From Myxococcales bacterium (lineage in GTDB: Bacteria; Myxococcota_A; UBA9042): a DNA stretch of 35,753 nucleotides. Where the stretch lies: the NCBI GenBank assembly GCA_037441385.1, contig JBBISH010000063.1, forward strand, positions 1 through 35,753. Reading direction: 5' to 3'. How positions within the stretch are numbered: the first letter of the stretch is position 1; every line of letters begins with the position of its first letter. The notes beneath the pieces were generated by a model, which made no database searches, was not told where the DNA came from, and worked only from the letters and a program-made list of their open reading frames with translations. This document shows, in pieces, positions 16,367-23,219 of this stretch. The translations under genes and the position numbers were made by a program.

Positions 16367-16510
16367 CGGAATCCGTCTGATGCGAACCCCGTCTGATTCA
16401 CGCCTGTACGGTTTCCCTGACCCGGTCTGCAACCTGCGAGAATCAGGCGGGGACCCCGGTTCGGGCCCGAAGAATTGCCCGAGTTTTCGATCCGATTCGG
16501 ACGGAACTGG
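16367..16510. mobile_element. ~140-bp MITE-like element with degenerate terminal IRs and internal hairpin
   Basis: Left end CGGAATCCGTCTGAT, right end ATTCGGACGGAACTG. Internal CCCCGTCTGATTC/GAATCAGGCGGGG pair at 12/13. The right part is homologous to 3275-3326. Confidence 0.6.
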
Positions 16511-16576
16511 GATGAATCGGCCGGTGATCCAAAGAGAGGCAGCGCTGCTACCGGCTCATGGTGCCGCCAGTTCGAC

Positions 16577-16700
16577 TTCAGTGTAGACTGAAATCACGTA
16601 CATCCTCGAAATCATTTATGTAAAGTGATTCGCGGCCGCTTCGCATTAGAAAACACACAAACAACAATTGTGTGTGTGAGAGCCACCAGGCAAAATCACA
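16577..16700. promoter_or_regulatory. AT-rich palindrome cluster upstream of the ASST operon
   Basis: TTCAGT-N4-ACTGAA (16577-16592), AATCACGTACAT..ATGTAAAGTGATT (16592-16630) and ACACACAA-N7-TTGTGTGT (16653-16675). The regulatory role is inferred. Confidence 0.45.
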
Positions 16701-16773
16701 CAGATTCTTCACAGCAAGGTCAGCGGCCTGCCGTAGAGTGAAAGGGCCCGCAGAGACGGGCTCGGCGGCCGCG

Positions 16774-18579
16774 ATGAACACCCAACCAAGACTCTTGCGA
16801 CACCTGTGGCGGTTGGTGCCTTGTGTGGTAGCCATGATCGGCGCGTGCGACGCCGAAGCCCCTTTGGTCACTGAAGACTTGGTCGAAGACGACGTTCACG
16901 AGTCCGCCGACGGTGCAGTCGCAGCCGGAGACGCAGTGGCGGATTCCGCCTCTACCGATTCCGCCTCTGCCGATTCCGCCTCTGCCGATCTTGCCTCTGC
17001 CGATCTTGCCTCTGCCGATTTGGTGTCTGCCGACGTCGCTTTCGCCGACATGACCAAACTGGACTCCGACGCGGCCCAGGACGACGTCGCCGCCACGGAC
17101 GCGGTTGCCCTAGACACCGCAGTGAGCGACGTTGCTCCGACCCAAGATGCTGATGCTGCTCCAGACGGTGGACCTGGGCTGGACTCGGCGGCCGATGCCG
17201 CGGCGGACGCCGAGCCGGCCGCGCCCCTCAAGCTTGGCAACGTGCAGGTGCAGCCCGTGGCCAACAACCCGCTGGCATGCCTGGTGACCTGGAAATCCAA
17301 CCTGCCTGCTTCGTCCGTTGTCTTGTTCGGCTTGGGCGCGCCCACGATGCGGATGACCGTGCCGGACTTGGTCACGGACCACCAAGTGCTGGTGGTGGGC
17401 ATGCGCTCCAGTCAAACGTACCAGTTGCAGGTGCGCTCCAAGACGGCCAACGGCAAAGAGACCACCCAGCAGGCGCCCACCTTTGCCACTGGCGCGTTGC
17501 CCGAGTACCTCAAGGCGGCCCCGCCATCGGTGCCTTGGTCCGACACGCAGGAGCCGCACTTCTTGGTTCTGGCCGGCATCCACTTGAATCTGCCGTTTGG
17601 CTTCAATCCCTACGATTTTCCGCCGACTGCCGTCATCTACGACGATCAGGGCCAGGTGGTGTGGTTCCACAGCCAGTCAAAGGGGTCGAACATCGTCGCC
17701 TGGTGGGAGTACGGCAAGATATTGGTCGCGGGCGGTGGCCCGGCCCTGCAGTTGAACCTGGCTGGCGACACGCTTTGGCAGAATGACTCGATTGCCATGG
17801 GCAACGTAGAGGGTGCGGGGCCGCCCCAGCCCGTGACCGGCATGATGCACGGTGACTTGCGGCTGCTGCCCAACGGCAACCTGCTTGGTATCGAATTCGA
17901 TGTGCAAAACGGCATTTGGGGTGATCAACTGGCAGAGCGCAAGCCAGACGGCAGCTTGGTCTGGACCTGGAGCACCTTTGACCACCTCGTTCCCGGCGAG
18001 GGCGACTGGGCGCACGGTAACTCTTTGCAGCCATTGGATAATGGTGATACTGTCCTGTACTCGCCGCGCAACCTGAACATGATTTTCAAAATCGACCGCA
18101 AGACCGGCCAGTTCGTGATGCGCTTGGGTGCCGGCGGCGACTATTCTCTGCAGCCGGGCAGCGGCGACGATTGGTTCGCCTTGCAGCACTCGGCCGAAGA
18201 ACTGCCCGGCAACCGCATTCTGATGTACGACAACGGCACAATGGAGCGCGGCTATTCGCGCGCGGTAGAGTACCAGTACAACCTGAACACCAAGCAAGCC
18301 AAGATCATTTGGCAGTACAAGGGCGAGCCGGGCGAGACGTTCTTCTCGCCAGGGCAGGGTAGCGTGCAGCGGCTGCCCAATGGCGACACGCTGGTCAGTG
18401 CGCCCGACTGGAAGGCCGGCTTTGCCATGCCGTCGTCGCTGCGGCGGGTCAGCCAGCAAGGTCAGCTGCGTTGGCGTCTGAACTTGCCGGTCGTCTACGA
18501 CTACCCCACGGTCGCCTACCGGGCGCAGCGCGTGGACCTGCCCGGCCTGGAGTTCATCGCGCCGGGGCAAGTCCCGTGA
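16774..18579 (+). CDS. Arylsulfotransferase (ASST)-family lipoprotein with acidic low-complexity stalk
   Basis: Lipobox MIGAC and D/A/S-rich linker. Ig-like N-domain (NPLACLVTW...HQVLVVGMR...FATGALP). Propeller motifs LLPNGN, WTWSTFDH, DWAHGNS, YSPRN, FALQHS, YDNG, YSRAVEY, GSVQRLPNGDTL and YRA. Confidence 0.88.
   Translation: MNTQPRLLRHLWRLVPCVVAMIGACDAEAPLVTEDLVEDDVHESADGAVAAGDAVADSASTDSASADSASADLASADLASADLVSADVAFADMTKLDSDAAQDDVAATDAVALDTAVSDVAPTQDADAAPDGGPGLDSAADAAADAEPAAPLKLGNVQVQPVANNPLACLVTWKSNLPASSVVLFGLGAPTMRMTVPDLVTDHQVLVVGMRSSQTYQLQVRSKTANGKETTQQAPTFATGALPEYLKAAPPSVPWSDTQEPHFLVLAGIHLNLPFGFNPYDFPPTAVIYDDQGQVVWFHSQSKGSNIVAWWEYGKILVAGGGPALQLNLAGDTLWQNDSIAMGNVEGAGPPQPVTGMMHGDLRLLPNGNLLGIEFDVQNGIWGDQLAERKPDGSLVWTWSTFDHLVPGEGDWAHGNSLQPLDNGDTVLYSPRNLNMIFKIDRKTGQFVMRLGAGGDYSLQPGSGDDWFALQHSAEELPGNRILMYDNGTMERGYSRAVEYQYNLNTKQAKIIWQYKGEPGETFFSPGQGSVQRLPNGDTLVSAPDWKAGFAMPSSLRRVSQQGQLRWRLNLPVVYDYPTVAYRAQRVDLPGLEFIAPGQVP
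16942..17046 (+). repeat. Intragenic 15-bp tandem repeat, 7 copies (consensus GATTCCGCCTCTGCC)
   Basis: Units encode DSAST, DSASA x2, DLASA x2, DLVSA and DVAFA, all in frame. Confidence 0.92.
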
Positions 18580-19601
18580 ACGCGTCGCGCACGCCTGGGG
18601 CGACGGCCTGGGCGGGCTGGCTTGCTGTCAGTGCCGCGCTGCTTGGGTGCAGTGCGTGCCAAAGCGAGGTGGCCCGTGTACCCGGCGTGGCTGTCGTTGG
18701 GGATGCCCAAGGCGACACGACCGCGCGCGAGGGGCGCGACCCCAAGACTTGCGCCGCGGGCTGGCTGGTCACCGCCTCGGCCCTGGGACCCCAGTGCGCC
18801 CCCGATGTGCCGGTCTGGGGCGCGCTTGCCCTGAGCCCGGCGGCGCCCGTCCCCGTTGCCGACAGCGATGCAACCCTGGTAACCCGCGACAATGGCCGGC
18901 AGTGGCTGATTCGGCCCAACCCCGAGCAGGTGGACTGGCAAGCGGCGCGCGCGGCTTGTGCACAGGTAAGTGTGGACGGGCACGGTGATTGGCACTTGCC
19001 CACTTTGGCCGAGCTGCAGTCCGTGGTCGACTACCAGCGCAGCCAGCCCGCTTCGCAGTTGCCTTTGCAGCCCTCCGCCTGGTACTGGTCGGCCTCGCCC
19101 GCCACGGGTACCGGTCAGGCCTGGGGGGTGGCCATGGCGAGTGGCCTTGCAGGTTCCGTTGCGGCGGAGACCAAAGGAATTGCCCTGTGTGTGCGGTCGC
19201 TCCACGTTGTCTCGCCGCAGATCCGCGGTCGCTTCCAGGTCTCTGTGGACCAGCACGCGGTGTTCGACAGGCTGACGGGGCTGACGTGGCAGCGACAGGG
19301 CGACGCCTCGGGCCTGCAACCCTATGACTACGCACAGACCTATTGCCACAAGCTGGATCTGCTCGGCGGCGGCTGGCGGACGCCCACGGTGGTGGAGCTG
19401 GCCAGTCTGGTCGACCGACGCGTGCAGCCGCAGGCCATCGACGCCGACGTGTTCGCGGCGACGCGCCCGGCACCCTATTGGACCAGTACGCCGTTTGCGG
19501 GAGTCGCCCTCTATGCTTGGTATGTCGAGTTCTTGGGCGGATCCGTGCGCTTTGACGGCGACCGCACCTACACCTACGCTTGGGTGCGCTGTGTGCGCTA
19601 G
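18576..19601 (+). CDS. Lipoprotein with two DUF1566 (Lcl C-terminal-like) domains
   Basis: GTGA overlap with the upstream stop; lipobox LLGC. Domain 1: WQAARAAC...DWHLPTLAELQSVVD...YWSAS...AWGV...LCVR. Domain 2: VFDRLTGLTWQ...YC...GWRTPTVVELASLVD...YWTST...AWYVEF...VRCVR. Confidence 0.9.
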   Translation: MNASRTPGATAWAGWLAVSAALLGCSACQSEVARVPGVAVVGDAQGDTTAREGRDPKTCAAGWLVTASALGPQCAPDVPVWGALALSPAAPVPVADSDATLVTRDNGRQWLIRPNPEQVDWQAARAACAQVSVDGHGDWHLPTLAELQSVVDYQRSQPASQLPLQPSAWYWSASPATGTGQAWGVAMASGLAGSVAAETKGIALCVRSLHVVSPQIRGRFQVSVDQHAVFDRLTGLTWQRQGDASGLQPYDYAQTYCHKLDLLGGGWRTPTVVELASLVDRRVQPQAIDADVFAATRPAPYWTSTPFAGVALYAWYVEFLGGSVRFDGDRTYTYAWVRCVR

Positions 19602-21054
19602 GTCGCGGCCGCACCGAGCGCGCCTGGGCCTGGCTGCTCTGGCGGTGCTTGCGGCCTGCACCAGTGCACTTCCCGAGCCGCCGGAGTGGATGATCACCGA
19701 CCTTGAGGTGTTGCCCAACCCGCAGTCCAGCCTGGGCTGTCGCGTCCGCTGGCGCACCACACAACCTGGCACGTCAACAGTGCAATTTGGTCTGGGCAGC
19801 CTGGCCGCTCCCACCTGGCAGCGGCGCGACCCGCGCTTGCTCACCGAGCACCAAATCGACTTGTACGGCATGCGCGCCCAGCAGACCTATCGGCTGATCG
19901 TCAAGTCGGCCAGGGGGGCGCAAGAGGCTACGGCAACGACTGAATTTACCACCGGGGCGCTGCCGCCCGGGGTGCTGCCCGCCGATGTGGATGTGGCCGA
20001 GGCGCCGCCCCAGGGCTGGGTCCTGGCCAGCACGCATCTGGGATGGGCCGAACTGGGCGGCCTGCCCAGCCAACCGCCGGCAGCGGTGATGTACGATGGT
20101 GCCGGCGAGCCGGTGTGGTACTACCGGCTCCCCGGGGGCAAAAGCGTGTATGCGTCGCCGGTGGGCAACGGGACCGAAGTGCTCATGGGCTCGTCCAGTT
20201 TTGGCGCGCGCGTGGACTTGGCCGGCGACTTGCTTTGGCAAAAGCCTGCAGCGGCGATGGTGCTGCCCGACCTGCAGCCAGGCGGCGTGTTGGTGGGTGT
20301 GACCGGCATGGCCCATCACGAATTGCGGCAACTCGAAAACGGCAACCTGGCCGAGCTGCGCTTGGATGTCCGCGGCAGCGGCGCCAGTCAGGTGACGGGC
20401 GACGAGCTGGTCGAGATGACGCCAGATGGTCAAAAGCAGTGGAGTTGGAATACGTTTGACCACCTTACGCCGGGCCTGGGGGACTGGGTGCATGGCAACA
20501 GCCTGCACGTCGACCACGCGGCAGGCACCGCGCTCTACTCGGCGCGCAACACCAGTCACATTCATCAGATCGAGCTGGCGACCGGGAAGATTCTGTGGAC
20601 CGCGGGCACGTCGGGCTCGTTGGCTTTGGACACCAGCGGCGGCGGCACGTGGTTTGCCCTGCAGCACTCGCCCACCCTGCTGCCCGGCAACCGCCTGCTC
20701 GTGCTGGACAATGGCGAGCCGTCGCGCCGCTACTCGCGCGCGGTGGAGTACCAGCTGAATGTCGAGGCCGGAACCGCCAAGCAAGTGTGGGAATTCGCCG
20801 GGCCCGAGCAGGATCGGTGGTTTTCGGTCGGCGAGGGGAGCGTCGAGCGCCTGGCGAACGGCGACACGCTAATCGGGGGCCCGGACTTCGTCACCGGCCA
20901 AGGGCTGCGGCCCACGCGGATCATGCTCGTGGGGGCCGACGCCAAGCTGAAGTGGCGGCTGAAGCTCCGCAGTGTCGACGGCTTTCCGCTGATGGTCTAT
21001 CGCGTCGCCTGGGCGGGGCTGCCCGGGTTGGAGCCGGTGGCGCCTGGACCGTAG
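19591..21054 (+). CDS. Second arylsulfotransferase (ASST)-family lipoprotein
   Basis: GTG 19591 overlaps the upstream gene end; lipobox VLAAC. HHELRQLENGN, WSWNTFDH, DWVHGNS, YSARN, FALQHS, LDNG, YSRAVEY and GSVERLANGDTL. Clear paralogue of 16774-18579. Confidence 0.88.
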   Translation: MCARSRPHRARLGLAALAVLAACTSALPEPPEWMITDLEVLPNPQSSLGCRVRWRTTQPGTSTVQFGLGSLAAPTWQRRDPRLLTEHQIDLYGMRAQQTYRLIVKSARGAQEATATTEFTTGALPPGVLPADVDVAEAPPQGWVLASTHLGWAELGGLPSQPPAAVMYDGAGEPVWYYRLPGGKSVYASPVGNGTEVLMGSSSFGARVDLAGDLLWQKPAAAMVLPDLQPGGVLVGVTGMAHHELRQLENGNLAELRLDVRGSGASQVTGDELVEMTPDGQKQWSWNTFDHLTPGLGDWVHGNSLHVDHAAGTALYSARNTSHIHQIELATGKILWTAGTSGSLALDTSGGGTWFALQHSPTLLPGNRLLVLDNGEPSRRYSRAVEYQLNVEAGTAKQVWEFAGPEQDRWFSVGEGSVERLANGDTLIGGPDFVTGQGLRPTRIMLVGADAKLKWRLKLRSVDGFPLMVYRVAWAGLPGLEPVAPGP

Positions 21055-21174
21055 GAATGCCACACGCAAGCCTTGGCGCACATCTGCGAAACGGCGAACT
21101 TGCCCAAGGTCACCTGCTTGCCTTAGCCTGTGGTCCGTAGCTGACCAAGCCGACTGGCCAGCAGGAAGCCGAAC

Positions 21175-22515
21175 ATGCTCCAAATCTCCAAGACCCTGGC
21201 CGCGTTGCTGGCCCTTGGCTGCGCCGCCCTGGTGCCCGCGGTCGGTCAGGCCACCGAGCAGAAGCTGCAGAACGACAACGGCATCAGCGGCGGCTTCAAC
21301 GCGATGAGCTCGGCCTACATCTGCTTCCAAGACGAGACCTACGCCGCCGAATTCGAAGTGCCCGACCAGGCTTGGTACCCCTACACCGTCAAGCGTATCC
21401 AGACGGCTTTTGTTGCGAACCCGCTGGACGCTCTGCTGGGCAACACGGGCACGCCATGTGGGCGCTTCCGGGTGGCCATCTGGCGCGGCAGCGGCTCGGC
21501 CACTCCGGGCGAACCGGTGTGGGACTCCAAGGCCGACGCCGGCAAAGTCTGGGATATCCCTGGCAATGGCCAGCTGGTCACCTTGGACCTAGAGAAAGAC
21601 AACGCGCTGCCCCCGCCGATCCAGTGGGCTCCGGGCAGCGGCAAGCGCCTGCGCATCGGCCTGCGCGCCGACTCGCCCACCTGCAGCAACGGCACCGGCA
21701 ACGGCAGCTTCCCGGGCATGGCCGTCGACGGCGCCACCCCCAAGCCGGTGAGCAACTGGGGTTATGGCTGGGCAGTGGGCCTGGCCGGCTGCGCGGGCGG
21801 CAAGCAAGGCAACGCCTTTTGGGTCACGGCCGAGCAGTTCGGCATCAAGGGCAACTTTGTGTTGCGCCTGTTCATCGAGGCCAACGACACGCCCATCGAC
21901 CCGCCCGACGCCAGCGGCGGCGACGCAAGTGTGGAAGAAGACATCGAGTACACCCCAACCGACACCCTGGACGCCACCGTGGCGGACACGGCGACCGGCG
22001 GCGGCAGCGACGCCAAAGGCGGCGATATCACATCGGTTCAGGACTCCGCCGGTGGCGACGCCCCGTTGCCGGTGGGCGGCCCGCTGACTTTGACCAGCGT
22101 TTCGCCTAGTTGCATTGCGGTCCCCACCGCCGACACGGTGGTCACGCTGACGGGCACCGGCTTCGTCGCCGGTATGGCGGTGTCGGTCAACAATGTGCCG
22201 GTCGAGGTCGTGGGGCTCAAGGGCACCACCCAAGCCGATATCTTGATTGCCAAAGACAGTCTGCCCGCCGGCGCTTGGACGGTGCGCGTGGCCACGGCCG
22301 GCCAAAAGGCGATCCTGATTGGCGAGCAGGGTCTGCGGGTCGGCGTTTGCGGCAGTAGTGGCGGCAGCCCGGCGGCTTCGGGGTGCAGCAGCGGCGGAAA
22401 CCCCAGCTCTAGTGCGGTGTTGATGCTGCTTGGCGGGTTGGTGGTTGTTGGCTGGCGGCGGCGGGGTCGGATCGGCGCCCAAGGCCACACGGCCCGCCGT
22501 CACGTGGGGCGGTGA
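21175..22515 (+). CDS. Surface protein with unknown N-domain, acidic linker, IPT/TIG-like domain and MYXO-CTERM-like sorting signal
   Basis: Signal peptide; LTSVSP...VTLTGTGFVAGMAVSV...GAWTVRV is IPT-like. The C-terminus SGCSSGG..SSAVLMLLGGLVVVGWRRR has GC, a TM segment and an Arg cluster. Confidence 0.85.
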   Translation: MLQISKTLAALLALGCAALVPAVGQATEQKLQNDNGISGGFNAMSSAYICFQDETYAAEFEVPDQAWYPYTVKRIQTAFVANPLDALLGNTGTPCGRFRVAIWRGSGSATPGEPVWDSKADAGKVWDIPGNGQLVTLDLEKDNALPPPIQWAPGSGKRLRIGLRADSPTCSNGTGNGSFPGMAVDGATPKPVSNWGYGWAVGLAGCAGGKQGNAFWVTAEQFGIKGNFVLRLFIEANDTPIDPPDASGGDASVEEDIEYTPTDTLDATVADTATGGGSDAKGGDITSVQDSAGGDAPLPVGGPLTLTSVSPSCIAVPTADTVVTLTGTGFVAGMAVSVNNVPVEVVGLKGTTQADILIAKDSLPAGAWTVRVATAGQKAILIGEQGLRVGVCGSSGGSPAASGCSSGGNPSSSAVLMLLGGLVVVGWRRRGRIGAQGHTARRHVGR

Positions 22516-22865
22516 GGGTCTGTGCCATCGCCTGTCGCGCCCAAATCGTGGAGCCTGAAGAGCGCAGCGCTGCCATCGATGTACCGCCAGAAGAACGTTT
22601 TCCGCAGTTTCTGGAACGACCGTTCATTGCGCGGGCAGCGGAGCTGCGCGAGTTGGGTCATGTCGATCCGGTAGCGGAAGAAAACGCCAACCAGGTCGTG
22701 GACGCCCGGACACGATGCACCATCGGACCGGATTCGTAGGCACAAGGTATCGGACTCGTACCACCATCGCGCGACGGACGGGATCGATTCGAGGGCGTGG
22801 AAAAGCGCGGCCTCGTCTGCCTGCGAGTAGAAGACTACGCTAGGGGCGCGCAATACGATTGGCAT
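22500..22865 (-). CDS. Small hypothetical protein (121 aa)
   Basis: ATG 22865 follows AGGAG. The globular-looking sequence (FYSQADEAALF...LVGVFFRYRIDMTQLAQL) is unlike a shadow frame and fills an otherwise empty gap. It overlaps the convergent gene by 16 nt. Confidence 0.75.
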   Translation of the reverse strand: MPIVLRAPSVVFYSQADEAALFHALESIPSVARWWYESDTLCLRIRSDGASCPGVHDLVGVFFRYRIDMTQLAQLRCPRNERSFQKLRKTFFWRYIDGSAALFRLHDLGATGDGTDPHRPT

Positions 22866-22921
22866 CAAGCAACTCCTGGAACCGGTAGCGCACCCAGGCC
22901 GCGGCGGGGTCTCGTCCATCC

Positions 22922-23214
22922 GCAGCTTGGGGGGCATTTTCTACTCCCTAGAATCACTGAAGAACCGGAGCCGCGTCAGCGATGCTGGCCCGCATGGGGG
23001 GCGGCGCCGGGCGAGGCGACGCCACCGCCGGGAGCCGGAAGTCTGGGTTTCGCAGGCCCCTGCTTCGACCGGCGGCCGCAGCGCGACGGCCCGGCGGCTG
23101 GCTGCAGAAAATGCCCCCCGCCTTTCAGAAATTGCCCCCCAACCTGACCGCTCGCCGGGCCGGGACGCCCAATTGCCTGTGAAATTGCGGGGTAGAAAAT
23201 GCCCCCCAACCTGC
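22922..23214. mobile_element. ~290-bp MITE/REPIN-like element with perfect 18-bp terminal inverted repeats
   Basis: TTGGGGGGCATTTTCTAC (22927-22944) and GTAGAAAATGCCCCCCAA (23192-23209), extending to 22/23 bp. Two more internal motif copies at 23105-23119 and 23126-23146. No TSD seen, so mobility is inferred. Confidence 0.75.
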
Positions 23215-23219
23215 CTGGC

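Noticed and set aside
16599..16626. Possible dif site: TTATGTAAAGT (16616-16626) resembles a XerD arm
   Set aside because: The position of the XerC arm (TACATCCTCGA) lacks the ATAA end and any symmetry, so at best it is a half-site.
16942..17046. Short direct repeats as a possible CRISPR array
   Set aside because: There are no spacers, the repeat is in-frame coding sequence, and no cas genes are present.
18576..19601. DUF1566 protein as a diversity-generating retroelement target
   Set aside because: No reverse transcriptase and no near-identical template repeat with adenine-specific differences was seen in the window. A remote DGR cannot be excluded.
21078..21095. Sigma54 promoter TTGGCGCACATCTGC upstream of the MYXO-CTERM gene
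   Set aside because: The GG-to-GC spacing is one base shorter than the strict -24/-12 consensus.
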